32,000 nucleotides of DNA, from positions 2,850,001-2,882,000 of the forward strand of contig NC_007614.1 of assembly GCF_000196355.1 (NCBI RefSeq), in the 5' to 3' direction. Below are positions 1 through 10,826 of the stretch, in pieces. Numbering within the stretch: the stretch's first letter is position 1; each line of letters opens with the position of its first letter. The notes under the pieces are model-generated. The model was not told the DNA's origin, did no database searches, and worked only from the letters and a program-made list of their open reading frames with translations. Source of the stretch: Nitrosospira multiformis ATCC 25196 (GTDB taxonomy: Bacteria > Pseudomonadota > Gammaproteobacteria > Burkholderiales > Nitrosomonadaceae). A program made the translations under genes and the position numbers.

Positions 1-284
1 ACGTCCGGCCGAACCTTCCGTATTACTCTTGCACTTTGCCAGAATGCCAGCAACAGACGCGCGGGCAGCAACAACCAGGTGCGAACGTTTTTCCCCCGCA
101 ATCCGGAGAAACGAATCGTCTCCAGGGCATGCCCCTGCTGCCGCGCCAGCGTTGTTTCCATTCCCCCTTCTGTTCCAAGCCAGACTATACGCCACCCGGC
201 CGCCTTCAAATACTCCGCCACGGCAAGACCGGGAAATACATGCCCGCCGGTTCCCCCCGCCATAATGAGAATCGTATGGCTCAA
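1..284 (-). CDS. murG: MurG (undecaprenyl-PP-MurNAc-pentapeptide GlcNAc transferase), N-terminal ~94 codons only; the gene runs off the left edge
   Basis: Hand translation of the minus strand from 284 gives LSHTILIMAGGTGGHVFPGLAVAEYLKAAGWRIVWLGTEGGMETTLARQQGHALETIRFSGLRGKN... This contains the MurG glycine loop MAGGTGGHxFP. It lies directly downstream of ftsW, as in the canonical dcw order. It is absent from the ORF track because it is edge-truncated. The start is uncertain (TTG 284 or ATG 263). Confidence 0.85.
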   Translation of the reverse strand, partial: MSHTILIMAGGTGGHVFPGLAVAEYLKAAGWRIVWLGTEGGMETTLARQQGHALETIRFSGLRGKNVRTWLLLPARLLLAFWQSARVIRKVRPD

Positions 285-303
285 GACGCCATTCCTGAAT
301 TTT

Positions 304-1509
304 TCATATCCGATAACCTCTCGCCAACTGCCGGTTTTCCCAATCCGCGCGCAGCAGCACCGCCAGCGAGAGACAGCTTGCAACGATGCTGCTGCCACCG
401 AAACTCATCAACGGCAGCGTGAGTCCCTTCGGCGGGAGGACTCCCATATTCACGCCCACGTTGATGAATGTCTGCACTCCCAGCCATACACCGATACCCT
501 GCGCCACGAGTGCGGGAAAATAACGTCCCCTGACTGCCGACTGGCGGCCAATGATGAATGCGCGCGCTATTATCCAGGCAAACAACGCCAGCACGATCAG
601 GACACCGACGAAACCGAGTTCCTCTGCAATCACAGCCAGAAGAAAGTCGGTATGCGCCTCCGGCAGATAGAAAAGCTTTTCAACACTTCCGCCCAGGCCC
701 ACACCCAGCCATTCACCCCGTCCGAATGCAATCAGCGCATGGCTCAACTGGTATCCTTTTCCGTAGGGGTCATCCCATGGATCCAGAAACCCGAAGAAAC
801 GCTGCATGCGATAAGGGGCGTTCCAGACCAGGGCAAGAAGGCCAGCAATCAGGAAACCAATCAGCCCGGCGAATAGTTTCAGGTCCATTCCTCCCAGAAA
901 CAATATGGCCATCATGACAGTGGTAATGACAACGAAGGCGCCAAAATCCGGCTCGAGCAGCAGGAGAGCCCCTACGATGAGCGTGATGATCAGCATGGGA
1001 AGAAAACCCTTGCGGAAACTTCCCAGAAAGGCGGATTTGCGCACCGTGTAATTGGCCACGTAGATGACCATGAACAATTTCATGAATTCCGACGGTTGAA
1101 GATTCACCACCAGCAAGGATATCCAGCGGCGGCTACCATTGATTTCGCGGCCCACGCCGGGAACCAGCACCAGGGCCAGCAGGCATCCCCCCAGCAGAAA
1201 CAGTTGGAAGGAATATTTCTGCCACGACTCCATGGGGACCTGGAACGCAACAACGGCCACCAGCAAACCTGCCGCGACATAGGCGGCGTGCCGGATGAGA
1301 AAATAGGTCGGGTAACCGCTGCCCTCGCCCTCGGCAATCGAAATCGAGGCGGAATAAACCATCACCAGCCCAAGGCTCAGCAGGAGTATTGCTGTCCAGA
1401 TCAGGGCCTGGTCGAAATCCGCAGGCAGAACTTTCTGCTTTCCGGTACCGTACTGATAAATCATCTGATCAATGTCGTCCTGCAACCCCAGCTGAATTAC
1501 CGCCTGCAC
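304..1509 (-). CDS. ftsW: Cell-division lipid II flippase/peptidoglycan polymerase FtsW (SEDS family)
   Basis: 401-aa polytopic membrane ORF with FtsW/RodA/SpoVE-type sequence ([37 protein letters not shown]). Its position between murD and murG argues for FtsW rather than RodA. The GTG start at 1509 overlaps the murD end by 41 nt. An ATG at 1464 (MIYQYG...) is an alternative start. Confidence 0.9.
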   Translation of the reverse strand: MQAVIQLGLQDDIDQMIYQYGTGKQKVLPADFDQALIWTAILLLSLGLVMVYSASISIAEGEGSGYPTYFLIRHAAYVAAGLLVAVVAFQVPMESWQKYSFQLFLLGGCLLALVLVPGVGREINGSRRWISLLVVNLQPSEFMKLFMVIYVANYTVRKSAFLGSFRKGFLPMLIITLIVGALLLLEPDFGAFVVITTVMMAILFLGGMDLKLFAGLIGFLIAGLLALVWNAPYRMQRFFGFLDPWDDPYGKGYQLSHALIAFGRGEWLGVGLGGSVEKLFYLPEAHTDFLLAVIAEELGFVGVLIVLALFAWIIARAFIIGRQSAVRGRYFPALVAQGIGVWLGVQTFINVGVNMGVLPPKGLTLPLMSFGGSSIVASCLSLAVLLRADWENRQLARGYRI

Positions 1510-2890
1510 GTGCGGCCTGCATGCTTCTTACCGCCGCAACGAACGCCTCCGCCCGATGCACATAGTTGTCGAACATATCGAAGCTTGCGCACGCGGGCGA
1601 CATCAGGACTGCATCGCCCTCCCGCGCCAGCTGAAAACTTTTCCGCACGGCCTCTTCCATCGTTTGAGCACGATGCAGAGGCACTCCGCACTCATTTATC
1701 GCCACTGCGATTTTTTCTGCATCCCGCCCGATGAGAACAACCGCGCGCCCATGCTCGCCTATCGGGGCAGCCAGGGGTGAAAAATTCTGCGCCTTCCCAT
1801 CTCCGCCGGCAATCAAAACCACGGGTTGCCCCAGACCTTTCAAAGCAGCCACCGTTGCACCCACATTAGTACCTTTTGAATCGTCGTAGAAGGTAATACC
1901 ACTGAAAGCCGCCACTTTTTCAACTCGATGGGGCAAGCCCCTGAATTCGCGGAGCGCCTGTAACAAAGGCTCGAACGGGACGGCCAGGGCGCGGCATAGC
2001 GCCAGTGCCGCCAGTGCATTTGCGCAATTGTGCCGGCCAGTAATGGCGAGTTCACGCGCGTCCATGAGACGCGTGTCTCCCTGCATCAGCCAGGTGTCTC
2101 CGCCTTCGCGAAGCAAGCCGAAATCGTCGGCGCTTTGTGGCGTAGCAAGACTGAAAGTGACGTGAGGTCTACCCGCTAACGTCATTTGCCGGACGACAGG
2201 ATCATCGCCATTCAGGATTTGCACACCCTCGCTGTCACCAAGAAATATCCGGGCCTTAGCAGCAGCGTATTCCTGCATGCCTGCGTAGCGGTCAAGATGA
2301 TCTTCGCTTACATTCAGCACTGCGGCTGCATCCAGTCCCAGACTCTTCGTGGTTTCCAGCTGGAAGCTGGAAAGCTCCAGCACCCACGCCTGGGGCATTT
2401 TTCCAGTATCCTCCCGGCGCATCAGTGCATCCAGTACCGCAGGACCGATATTTCCCGCTACTTCGACGTCCCACCCCGCTTTTTTTAACATTGCCCCTGT
2501 CATGGCGGTCACCGTGGTCTTGCCATTGGAGCCGGTAATCCCGACGAGTTTTGGCATGCCCCCCCCCGTGCCTCCGACTGCGCAGGCAAAAAGCTCCATA
2601 TCCCCGACCACCGGGATGCCTTCTTTCAGCGCCTGCTGCACAAGAGGCTCCGACAGGGGCAGACCGGGACTGATTGCGATTAAATCCACGCCGTAAAAGG
2701 CTCTGCCGGCCAGGGAACCTGTAAAAACCTCCGCCTGCGGCAGCAGGCTGTTAAACGCCCTCATGGCCGGTGGCTCGTTCCGGGTATCAGCTGCTCGCAC
2801 CAGCGCTCCGCGCCGAAACAACCATTTTGCCATGGAAAGGCCGGTCTCTCCGAGGCCCAGTACCAGAACAGTTCTGCCTTGCAGGTTCAT
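1469..2890 (-). CDS. murD: UDP-N-acetylmuramoyl-L-alanine--D-glutamate ligase MurD
   Basis: 473 aa. It has the N-terminal Rossmann motif [12 protein letters not shown] and the Mur-ligase P-loop [10 protein letters not shown]. It occupies the dcw position between mraY and ftsW. Confidence 0.95.
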   Translation of the reverse strand: MNLQGRTVLVLGLGETGLSMAKWLFRRGALVRAADTRNEPPAMRAFNSLLPQAEVFTGSLAGRAFYGVDLIAISPGLPLSEPLVQQALKEGIPVVGDMELFACAVGGTGGGMPKLVGITGSNGKTTVTAMTGAMLKKAGWDVEVAGNIGPAVLDALMRREDTGKMPQAWVLELSSFQLETTKSLGLDAAAVLNVSEDHLDRYAGMQEYAAAKARIFLGDSEGVQILNGDDPVVRQMTLAGRPHVTFSLATPQSADDFGLLREGGDTWLMQGDTRLMDARELAITGRHNCANALAALALCRALAVPFEPLLQALREFRGLPHRVEKVAAFSGITFYDDSKGTNVGATVAALKGLGQPVVLIAGGDGKAQNFSPLAAPIGEHGRAVVLIGRDAEKIAVAINECGVPLHRAQTMEEAVRKSFQLAREGDAVLMSPACASFDMFDNYVHRAEAFVAAVRSMQAARAGGNSAGVAGRH

Positions 2891-2900
2891 GATTTCAACT

Positions 2901-3995
2901 TTATCTCAGCTTCAGGGAAGACAAACCGAACAGCACTAGCATCATGGTAATGATCCAGAACCGGACCACTACCTGGTTTTCCTTCCAGCCTTTCAATTCG
3001 TAATGATGATGTAACGGCGCCATACGAAAAATGCGCTTGCCGATCAGCTTGAATGAAGCCACCTGCAGCATGACCGACAGGGTTTCCACTACAAACACGC
3101 CTCCCATGATGAGCATAACGATTTCCTGTCGCACTATCACTGTCACGATTCCAAGTGCCGCACCCAAGGCAAGCGCTCCGACATCTCCCATGAAGACTTC
3201 CGCCGGATAAGCGTTAAACCACAGGAAAGCAAGTCCCGCCCCCGCCAGAGCACCGCAGAAAACCGCGAGTTCACCGGCCTGGGGGATATGAGGCATACCG
3301 AGATATTTTGCGAATACCGCATGGCCGGCCACATAGGAAAAAATCGCCAGAGCGCTGCTGATCATCACGGTAGGCATGATAGCGAGACCATCCAACCCGT
3401 CGGTCAGGTTTACCGCATTGCTGGTACCGACGATGACGAAATAGGTGAGCGCCACGAATCCTGTCACGCCAAGCGGGACGGCCACCTGTTTGAAGAAGGG
3501 AACTATCAGGGTTGTCTGCGCGGGCAGTTCGGCCGTCAGCACCAGGTAGAGCGCCACCAGGATCGCAATGGCCGATTGCCAGAAAAGTTTCGCCCGGGCG
3601 GAAAGTCCTTTCGGATTGCGATATACCACCTTGCGGTAATCATCCACCCAACCGATCATGCCGAAACCGAGGGTTGTGATCAGGACAATCCACACGTAGC
3701 GATTGCTGAGATCCGCCCAGAGCAAGGTGGTAATGGCGATAGAGACGAGTATCAGCGCTCCACCCATGGTGGGTGTGCCCGCCTTGACCAGATGTGTCTG
3801 GGGTCCGTCGTCGCGAACCGCCTGGCCGATTTTGTAGGCGGTGAGCTTCCGTATCATCGCCGGACCCACGATAAACGAGATTATCAGCGCGGTGAGCGCA
3901 GCCAGAACCGTACGCAATGTAATGTAACTGAACACGTTGAGCAGGCGGATGTCTCCGGCAAACCATTGAGCAAGCTCTAGCAGCATGGCAGCCAT
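2901..3995 (-). CDS. mraY: Phospho-N-acetylmuramoyl-pentapeptide transferase MraY
   Basis: 364-aa polytopic membrane protein with MraY hallmarks ([42 protein letters not shown]). An alternative start 9 nt downstream (MLLELAQW..., 3986) is equally plausible. Confidence 0.95.
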   Translation of the reverse strand: MAAMLLELAQWFAGDIRLLNVFSYITLRTVLAALTALIISFIVGPAMIRKLTAYKIGQAVRDDGPQTHLVKAGTPTMGGALILVSIAITTLLWADLSNRYVWIVLITTLGFGMIGWVDDYRKVVYRNPKGLSARAKLFWQSAIAILVALYLVLTAELPAQTTLIVPFFKQVAVPLGVTGFVALTYFVIVGTSNAVNLTDGLDGLAIMPTVMISSALAIFSYVAGHAVFAKYLGMPHIPQAGELAVFCGALAGAGLAFLWFNAYPAEVFMGDVGALALGAALGIVTVIVRQEIVMLIMGGVFVVETLSVMLQVASFKLIGKRIFRMAPLHHHYELKGWKENQVVVRFWIITMMLVLFGLSSLKLR

Positions 3996-4074
3996 CCGTG
4001 TGAAATGCCCCGGGATTTACCAGACTCACCGAAGAGGACTATGACGTCGATAACTGGATTCGCGGCCTGTAAAC

Positions 4075-5490
4075 TCATAACCCGGCTTCCAGACGCTTTA
4101 CGACTCGCTCCATCTGCATGAAACGCGACCCTTTGATCAGTAGGGTGACATCCGGGCCTGGCAACGTTTCTATATTTGCCAGCAGATCCTCCATTTTTCT
4201 GAAATGGCGAGCTCCGATGCCGAACTTTTCCGCCGCGTATGCACTCAAATCTCCCAAAGCCATGAGTTCGTCTATCCCCGCAATTCTCGCTTCGTCACCG
4301 ATCTGTTCATGAAACTCTCTTCCTTTGTCGCCCAGTTCTCCCATGTCCCCCAGCACCAGGACTTTTTTACCTTCCGCCCTTGCAAGCACCGCCAGGGCCG
4401 CCCGTACCGAATCGGGGTTGGCGTTGTAACAATCATCGATCAACGTCGCGCCGCGCACACCGCATTTCCTTTGCATTCTTCCTTTCACTCCGCCAAATGT
4501 GCTCAATCCCGATGCGATCGTCTTCAAGGACACACCGACGGCTACGGCCACGGCCGCGGCAGCCAGCGCATTTCGCACGTTATGTTCGCCCGGTACCTGC
4601 AGAGTCGTCTCCTCGACCCCTTGAGGTAAAATCAGTGTTATTTGCGCGCCGGAAAAAGTCAGTTTGTAGTCTGCACTTACTTTTGCCTTACTCTTCAGAC
4701 CAAAATCGATTATTTGCCTGTTACCCGCAAGTTCACGCCACAGTCTATTGTGTGGATCATCTGCATTGATAACCGCTATTCCCTGCTGGTCGAGTCCTTC
4801 AAAGATCTCGCCCTTTGCGCGAGCGACTGCTTCAACTGACCCAAGTCCCTGAATGTGCGCATCGCCGGCATTGGTGATGAGCGCTACCGAAGGCTTTGCA
4901 AGGCGGGAAAGGTATGAGATTTCGCCTGGATGGTTCATGCCCATCTCTATGACCGCATAGTGATGCCGCTCACGTAATCGCAAAAGTGTGAGGGGCATCC
5001 CTATATCGTTGTTGAGATTGCCCTGGGTTGCCAGCACTGCATCCGGAGCATCCGTTCGCATCTCCTCCGGCGCCTGCTCCGCGGCGCGCCTTAAAATGGA
5101 GGCAATCATCTCCTTTACAGTCGTCTTGCCATTACTTCCCGTTACTGCAACTAGGGGTATGGTGAAGCGCGCGCGCCAGTATGCCGCCAGTTGCCCTAAT
5201 GCCAGCCGTGTATTCTGCACCCGTATCAGCGGAATCCCGTATTCCTGATCCCCGGTCAGCCTGTCCTGCTGCACCAGGGCCCCCATAGCGCCCCTGTCCC
5301 GTGCCTGGACGATAAAATCATGACCATCGAAGTTGGGACCGACCAAAGCAACAAACAGCTCCCCTCGTGCAAGTGCGCGGCTATCCGTGCTCACCCCCGT
5401 GAAATCGATCTTGCCCGCAACCATCCGATCATGGCGCCCCCCCGCCAAGGTTGCGGACAGAACCTGGGCCGCCTCCTGCAAACTCATCAT
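4075..5490 (-). CDS. murF: UDP-N-acetylmuramoyl-tripeptide--D-alanyl-D-alanine ligase MurF
   Basis: 471 aa with Mur-ligase P-loop [13 protein letters not shown] and C-terminal domain motifs (DDCYNANPDS). Its ATG start overlaps the murE TGA stop (5487-5490). Confidence 0.93.
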   Translation of the reverse strand: MMSLQEAAQVLSATLAGGRHDRMVAGKIDFTGVSTDSRALARGELFVALVGPNFDGHDFIVQARDRGAMGALVQQDRLTGDQEYGIPLIRVQNTRLALGQLAAYWRARFTIPLVAVTGSNGKTTVKEMIASILRRAAEQAPEEMRTDAPDAVLATQGNLNNDIGMPLTLLRLRERHHYAVIEMGMNHPGEISYLSRLAKPSVALITNAGDAHIQGLGSVEAVARAKGEIFEGLDQQGIAVINADDPHNRLWRELAGNRQIIDFGLKSKAKVSADYKLTFSGAQITLILPQGVEETTLQVPGEHNVRNALAAAAVAVAVGVSLKTIASGLSTFGGVKGRMQRKCGVRGATLIDDCYNANPDSVRAALAVLARAEGKKVLVLGDMGELGDKGREFHEQIGDEARIAGIDELMALGDLSAYAAEKFGIGARHFRKMEDLLANIETLPGPDVTLLIKGSRFMQMERVVKRLEAGL

Positions 5491-7061
5491 ATCTGCGCCT
5501 GCGCTTTCTCCGTGATCAATGCTTTTCTCGCCACCTCTGCATCGCTGAAAGGAAACTTTTTACCACCTGCCTCCTGCCAGGTTTCGTGCCCCTTACCCGC
5601 GATCAATACGACATCACCCTTATGCGTGCCCCGTATGGCGCGATGAATCGCAGCTGCCCGATCCTTCTCGATGCGATGATTGGCGGCAGCTCCAACGGCG
5701 ATGCCACGAATAATGGAATCCGGATCCTCGCTTCGTGGATTGTCACTGGTGATGATGGCTTCATCAGCCAATCGGGTCGCCACTTCCCCCATCAATGGAC
5801 GCTTGCCTTGATCGCGCTCGCCCCCGCAACCGAATACGCAGACGAGCCTTCCTGATCCCGTCTCCGGCTTCCCGCCAGGGAAACCGGCGTCCACCGCTTC
5901 CCGCAGCGTGGTCAATACCTTTTCCAGCGCGTCCGGAGTATGAGCGTAATCCACAACGATGAGGGGTTCATCTCCTTCCCCACCTATCTGCTGCATGCGA
6001 CCTGCTACAGGCTGGACTTTCTGCAAGGCTCGGACCGCTTCCGGGAAAGCGATACCGCTTGCAAGCAGGGTAGCGAGCACTCCTAACAAGTTGGAAGCGT
6101 TGAAGCTGCCCAGCACTTCCGCTTTGAATTTCAGACATTCCCCTTCAAATTCAATGTCGAATTCCAGCCCCGCCATGCTTGCCCTGAGATTGCGACCCCA
6201 TACCCTCCTGAAGGAGCCAGGATTGGGGTGCGCGCTTACCGGATCGGTAAACCCATAGCCGATCATGCCGGTTCCAGTTCCTTCCAGATCGTGCAAAAGC
6301 TGCATGCCAAATACGTCGTCGAGGTTCAGCACGGCATACTTGAGCCCCCTCCAGTGAAACAGCCGCGCTTTGGCAGCTGCATACACTTCCATGGTACCGT
6401 GATAATCGAGGTGATCGCGCGAAAGATTGGTGAGCATGGCAACTGCAAACGTTGCTCCGTTTATCCGTCCTTGCACAATCCCATGCGACGAGACTTCCAT
6501 TGCCACGCATTCCGCGCCCCGCCGCAAAAAATTAGCTATTTTAGCTTGCAATAACACTGAATCGGGGGTGGTATTTGCAGAAAATTCCATTTCTCCGGGA
6601 AAACCGGCGCCCAGCGTGCCGATGACTGCGGCTTTACGATCGAGTGCCGCCATCGCCTGGACAATCCAGTGGCTGCAGGATGTTTTGCCATTCGTTCCCG
6701 TCACTCCGATCAGCCATAGCTTTTGTGAGGGATGATCATACAAATAGTCTGCGATGAATCCCGCCTCGGATTTCAAATCCGGGACTGGCAGGTTAGGTGT
6801 TTTCCATTCCGGGTCCCATGCAAAGCCATCGCGTTCCCACACTACTGCGCGGGCACCCCGCTCTATCGCGTGCGGAATGAATTTACGTCCATCCGTTTTT
6901 TCTCCGCGATAGGCCAGAAAAGTATCCCCCGGTTTCACGGTGCGGCTGTCAACCGCAAGATGCTCCATCCTGACACCGAGCCGGTCAAGCGCATGGAAAT
7001 CAAAACCGGCTCCCGGGCGGCCGGGACATTCCGATATCTTCCTGTCCGACCTGGAACTCAT
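5487..7061 (-). CDS. murE: UDP-N-acetylmuramoyl-L-alanyl-D-glutamate--2,6-diaminopimelate ligase MurE
   Basis: 524 aa with P-loop GVTGTNGKTS and the meso-DAP-specifying DNPR motif (ITSDNPRSEDP). It overlaps the ftsI stop by 4 nt. Confidence 0.95.
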   Translation of the reverse strand: MSSRSDRKISECPGRPGAGFDFHALDRLGVRMEHLAVDSRTVKPGDTFLAYRGEKTDGRKFIPHAIERGARAVVWERDGFAWDPEWKTPNLPVPDLKSEAGFIADYLYDHPSQKLWLIGVTGTNGKTSCSHWIVQAMAALDRKAAVIGTLGAGFPGEMEFSANTTPDSVLLQAKIANFLRRGAECVAMEVSSHGIVQGRINGATFAVAMLTNLSRDHLDYHGTMEVYAAAKARLFHWRGLKYAVLNLDDVFGMQLLHDLEGTGTGMIGYGFTDPVSAHPNPGSFRRVWGRNLRASMAGLEFDIEFEGECLKFKAEVLGSFNASNLLGVLATLLASGIAFPEAVRALQKVQPVAGRMQQIGGEGDEPLIVVDYAHTPDALEKVLTTLREAVDAGFPGGKPETGSGRLVCVFGCGGERDQGKRPLMGEVATRLADEAIITSDNPRSEDPDSIIRGIAVGAAANHRIEKDRAAAIHRAIRGTHKGDVVLIAGKGHETWQEAGGKKFPFSDAEVARKALITEKAQAQI

Positions 7062-8821
7062 ACATCACCCTTGTTGTCCTTGGGCGGGGCAGCTGTCAGG
7101 GAGGTCATATTGCCCCCCGGCGCATCGTGTGGCACGTTCTGCATATGCAGGATGCCGTGCATCACCCGGCTGAAAACCGGCGCGGCCACCGTACCTCCGT
7201 AATATTGTCCGGCTGATGGCTCGTCCAGCATCACTGCAATGACATATCTTGGATTCGAAACGGGCGCATAACCGACAAAGGTCGAAAGATAGCGGTTTTT
7301 TGCATAGCCTCTGCCTTCCAGCTTGTGCGCGGTACCAGTCTTCCCCGCCACCCGATATCCGCTGACCTGCGCCTGTGGAGCGGTACCCCCTGGCTGCGCC
7401 ACCATCTCGAGCATGCGGCTCACGGCCAGCGCTGTATCGCGTGAAATCGCGCGCTTGCTGACGGGAGCCGAGTCGAGCTTCAGCAGCGATACCGGTTTTA
7501 TTTCACCTTCCGCGGCAAAAATCATATAAGCGCGAGCGAGCTGCATCAGGCTCACTGCAATACCGTGACCATACGACATGGTCGCCTGCTCGATGGGACG
7601 CCAGGTTTTATAAGGCCGCAGCTTGCCGCTCACCTCGCCCGGGAAACCGGAGCCCGGCAGCTCTCCGAATCCTGCTCCATTCAGCATTTCCCACAGTGTT
7701 TGTGGTGGAAGCGACAGCGCGATCTTCGCTGAACCGACGTTGCTGGATTTCTGGATCACCTGCGTGACGGTCAAGGCCTCTGTCCTGTGCGCATCGCGTA
7801 TGGTCGCCTTACCTATGGTGAATGAGCCCGGCGCGGTTTGAAATACAGTGTCCGGGGTGATTCTCCCTGCTTCCAGCGCTGCCGCTACGGTGAACGGCTT
7901 GAGCGTGGAACCCGGCTCGAACATATCGGTGACGGCCCTGTTACGCGACTGCGCACTATTCCTGTTGGACCGGTTGTTCGGGTTGTAGGTCGGGAGATTC
8001 ACCAGAGCCAGGACTTCGCCTGTCTTCACATCGAGTGCCACCAGGCCGCCGGCCTTGGCCTTGTGGGTTTCCACCGCCTGCTTCAATTCACGGTAGGCGA
8101 GGTACTGTATTTTGCTATCTATCGACAGCGCCATGTTCTGGCCCGGCTTCGGTGCCCGGATGCTTTCGACGTCCTCGATGATATGGCCTTTGCGATCCTT
8201 GATGACTCGGCGGCTTCCCGGCTTGCCAGCAAGCTCATCCTGCCAGGCCAGCTCGATACCCTCCTGCCCCCTGTCGTCCAGATCGGTGAACCCGAGGACG
8301 TGCGAAGTCAGGTCTCCCGCAGGGTAGTAGCGCCGATACTCGCGCTTGAGAAATATGCCGGGGATTTTCAGTTGAACGACGCCGGCTGCCACGGCTGGGG
8401 ACAGATGCCGCTTCAGGTATACGAAATCGCGTCGGGACGCCGCCCGGGAACCTTGGGAGGCTCCTGCCAGTCCGCCCAGGCGCTTGTGAAGCTCGTCCGC
8501 ATCCATATCGATCAGATCCGCGAGCCTGCTTAACTGCTCGGGGGTGGCAACCACATCCTGAGGACTCAGCCATACGGATTCCACGGGAGTGCTTATTGCC
8601 AGGGGCTTGCCGTACCGATCGGTGATCATTCCCCTGTTTGCGTTCATCTCGAGCACTCGGCCATAACGCGATTCGCCCTTCTGCTGCAAAAACCCGTTGT
8701 TCATTCCCTGCAGATAAGCAGCGCGTCCCCCCAGCCCGGCGAATCCAAGCAACAATAAACCCACCAGGAGGCGTGAGCGCTGGGCGGGCAGGATAACAGG
8801 CGGCTTTTGATTGGCTTTCAT
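7058..8821 (-). CDS. ftsI: Peptidoglycan D,D-transpeptidase FtsI (PBP3)
   Basis: 587 aa with an N-terminal membrane anchor (RSRLLVGLLLLGFAGLGG) and the class B PBP active-site triad: STLK (SxxK), SSN (SxN) and KTGT (KTG). It occupies the dcw position after ftsL. Confidence 0.93.
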   Translation of the reverse strand: MKANQKPPVILPAQRSRLLVGLLLLGFAGLGGRAAYLQGMNNGFLQQKGESRYGRVLEMNANRGMITDRYGKPLAISTPVESVWLSPQDVVATPEQLSRLADLIDMDADELHKRLGGLAGASQGSRAASRRDFVYLKRHLSPAVAAGVVQLKIPGIFLKREYRRYYPAGDLTSHVLGFTDLDDRGQEGIELAWQDELAGKPGSRRVIKDRKGHIIEDVESIRAPKPGQNMALSIDSKIQYLAYRELKQAVETHKAKAGGLVALDVKTGEVLALVNLPTYNPNNRSNRNSAQSRNRAVTDMFEPGSTLKPFTVAAALEAGRITPDTVFQTAPGSFTIGKATIRDAHRTEALTVTQVIQKSSNVGSAKIALSLPPQTLWEMLNGAGFGELPGSGFPGEVSGKLRPYKTWRPIEQATMSYGHGIAVSLMQLARAYMIFAAEGEIKPVSLLKLDSAPVSKRAISRDTALAVSRMLEMVAQPGGTAPQAQVSGYRVAGKTGTAHKLEGRGYAKNRYLSTFVGYAPVSNPRYVIAVMLDEPSAGQYYGGTVAAPVFSRVMHGILHMQNVPHDAPGGNMTSLTAAPPKDNKGDV

Positions 8822-9135
8822 GATTTCGATGCTTCCTTGGAGTCGGTCGAATCGACAGGTTCCCCCAGGGGCTGACTCAAGGGTATGGTCTGGATACGCT
8901 TGGGGTCCGGCAAGCGCATCTGCAGCTGCCCCGTGGCAATTTTTTCAATACGGGCATGCGTTGCCCAGGTGCTTTGCTCAAGCTGCAACTGCCCCCATTC
9001 CTCCGCCAGCTGCCCCGCCAGTTGCTGCTCCTTTTCCAGTTCCACAAACAGCTTGCGCGCCTTGTGCTGTGAAGTCACAACACTCAGCGCGCAAGCGATG
9101 AGAATTAAGGTCAACAAAATATTTATTCTGATCAC
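8818..9135 (-). CDS. ftsL: Cell division protein FtsL
   Basis: 105 aa. A single N-terminal TM segment (INILLTLILIACALSVV) is followed by a coiled-coil-like region (LEKEQQLAGQLAEEWGQLQLEQS). It lies between rsmH and ftsI and overlaps the ftsI start by 4 nt. Confidence 0.85.
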   Translation of the reverse strand: MIRINILLTLILIACALSVVTSQHKARKLFVELEKEQQLAGQLAEEWGQLQLEQSTWATHARIEKIATGQLQMRLPDPKRIQTIPLSQPLGEPVDSTDSKEASKS

Positions 9136-9175
9136 ACCAACCTCTCATCAACCAAAAACGCGCAACGGAATTCGG

Positions 9176-10126
9176 CTAAGTGGTGTTTATCCGCTCCGCC
9201 ACGCGCATCACTGCGCTGCGCGCGCGAGGATTGCATTCGACCTCCGCCACGCCGGGGCGTACCGCCTTCCCAACCATCTGCAGACTTGCCCTGCTGAAAC
9301 GTCGTACCTCGTCGGCGCGCAGCGGCAAGTGCTTAGGCAGTTTGTCGGTATTCGCTCCTTCACGTATGAAACGCTTCACTATTCTATCTTCCAGCGAGTG
9401 AAAACTGATGACGACCAACCGGCCACCCGTCTTCAGCATCTCGACACACTGCGGTAAGGCAAGCGACAGCCTCTCAAGCTCCTGATTGAGGTAAATCCGG
9501 ATGGCCTGAAAGGTACGCGTCGCCGGATTCTGTTTTGGCTCACGCGCGCGCGCGGGTATGGCCGCTGCCACGATCGCGGCAAGTTGACTGGTAGTGACGA
9601 GAGGCTGTCGCGCTCTAGCCTTGACAATCGCTCTTGCAATCTGCTTAGCAAACCGCTCTTCGCCATATTCTTTTATCACCTCTTCCAACTGGACTTCCGA
9701 CGCCGAAGCCAACCACTGAGCTGCTGTCTGCCCTTCTGTTGTATCCATGCGCATATCGAGCGGTCCCTCCATGCTGAAACTGAAACCGCGTGTGGCTTCC
9801 TCGAGTTGGGGTGACGACACGCCCAGATCCAGTAATACTCCGTCGATCTGGCCGATGTTCAACTGCCGCAGCACCTCCTGCAACCTGGAATAACTGCTGT
9901 GAACCATGCAGAAGCGTTCGTCTCCAAAACTCCGTCCAACCGCACAAGCGACCGGATCCCTATCGAACGCGATCAATCTTCCGTTCTTTCCGAGGCGCTC
10001 CAGTATCAGCCGGCTGTGCCCGCCCCGCCCAAATGTTCCATCCACATATATCCCATCCGGCTTGAGTGCCAGCGCTTCCACCGCCTCCTGTAGCAGAACA
10101 GTAGTGTGCTTTCCTGCCTCAGCCAC
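9176..10126 (-). CDS. rsmH: 16S rRNA (cytosine1402-N4)-methyltransferase RsmH (MraW)
   Basis: 316 aa with typical RsmH sequence ([46 protein letters not shown]). It is the second gene of the dcw operon. Confidence 0.93.
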   Translation of the reverse strand: MAEAGKHTTVLLQEAVEALALKPDGIYVDGTFGRGGHSRLILERLGKNGRLIAFDRDPVACAVGRSFGDERFCMVHSSYSRLQEVLRQLNIGQIDGVLLDLGVSSPQLEEATRGFSFSMEGPLDMRMDTTEGQTAAQWLASASEVQLEEVIKEYGEERFAKQIARAIVKARARQPLVTTSQLAAIVAAAIPARAREPKQNPATRTFQAIRIYLNQELERLSLALPQCVEMLKTGGRLVVISFHSLEDRIVKRFIREGANTDKLPKHLPLRADEVRRFSRASLQMVGKAVRPGVAEVECNPRARSAVMRVAERINTT

Positions 10127-10129
10127 AAA

Positions 10130-10573
10130 TTACAGTGAAAAACCTTCGAGTTCCTGGGGAATGCCGTCTCTGAACGCGAGCGCGCTCTCCATCTGCAAAT
10201 TCCATTTCTCGCTGTCCCATAGCTCGAATTTCGCACCTTGTCCCACCAGAACCACCTCTTTGTTCAAACCTGCAAATGCCCGCAGAGAGGGGGGCACAAG
10301 AATGCGACCGACGCCATCCATCTCCACATCGCAGGCATTGCCAACGAGAAGTCGCTGCAAGCTGCGGGTTTGGGGATTAAAGCTGGAAAGACTGTTGAGC
10401 TTTTGCTCTATGGGCTCCCATACGGGCTGAGGATAAATCAACAAACACTTGGATGGGTCGGCAGTGACAATCAAATGACCGGCGCAAAGGGATATGAGCG
10501 TCTCCCGGTATCTTGCAGGCACGGCGAGTCTACCCTTGTTATCCAGACTGACAGGTGTCCCACCGCGAAACAT
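10130..10573 (-). CDS. mraZ: Transcriptional regulator MraZ
   Basis: 147 aa with the duplicated SpoVT/AbrB-like MraZ halves (DNKGRLAVPARYR and DGVGRILVPPSLR). It is the first gene of the dcw operon. A GGGGAG Shine-Dalgarno sits just upstream of the ATG. Confidence 0.93.
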   Translation of the reverse strand: MFRGGTPVSLDNKGRLAVPARYRETLISLCAGHLIVTADPSKCLLIYPQPVWEPIEQKLNSLSSFNPQTRSLQRLLVGNACDVEMDGVGRILVPPSLRAFAGLNKEVVLVGQGAKFELWDSEKWNLQMESALAFRDGIPQELEGFSL

Positions 10574-10619
10574 TGCTCCCCTTATTTACTCTACGGAGGA
10601 AAACCGCAGAAAATCATCT

Positions 10620-10644
10620 CCCACTTCTACCCACTTTTACCCAC
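10620..10644 (-). promoter_or_regulatory. Putative MraZ operator: three GTGGG direct repeats with exact 10-bp phasing
   Basis: The minus strand reads GTGGGtaaaaGTGGGtagaaGTGGG. On the plus strand the CCCAC copies are at 10620-10624, 10630-10634 and 10640-10644. The site lies 47-71 nt upstream of the mraZ ATG. It matches the described MraZ site architecture of TGGGN repeats with 5-nt spacers. Confidence 0.7.
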
Positions 10645-10671
10645 TGTAGTTAAAAAAAAAGCCAAAGTCAA
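10643..10671 (-). promoter_or_regulatory. Sigma70-type dcw promoter (Pmra-like): TTGACT-N17-TACAGT
   Basis: On the minus strand, -35 TTGACT is at plus 10666-10671 and -10 TACAGT is at plus 10643-10648, separated by a 17-nt T-rich spacer. The -10 element overlaps the first GTGGG repeat by 2 nt. Confidence 0.5.
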
Positions 10672-10826
10672 GGAAGAGAATGAGGGATTATAAAAGGTAG
10701 GGAAGTATGGAAATTTCCGGTCTCGACTGTAGGAAAAGATAAATGTGCCGGTTACAACGGCCGGTGGGAGAAGGGAGAAGTCGGCATTCGGGTCGGTAAC
10801 GCCTCCGCAACAACTTTTATACATAC

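Noticed and set aside
5487-8821. 4-nt stop/start overlaps occur at murE/murF (5487-5490), ftsI/murE (7058-7061) and ftsL/ftsI (8818-8821). There is also an 8-nt overlap at lolC/lolD (17723-17730).
   Set aside because: The overlaps are real, but this is ordinary translational coupling in dcw and lol operons and is not noteworthy.
10766-10780. A tandem GGGAGAA-GGGAGAA duplication and the A9 run at 10652-10660 in the mraZ upstream region.
   Set aside because: There are only two short copies. The A-run is simply the promoter spacer. Neither shows evidence of a repeat element or a slippage-based switch.
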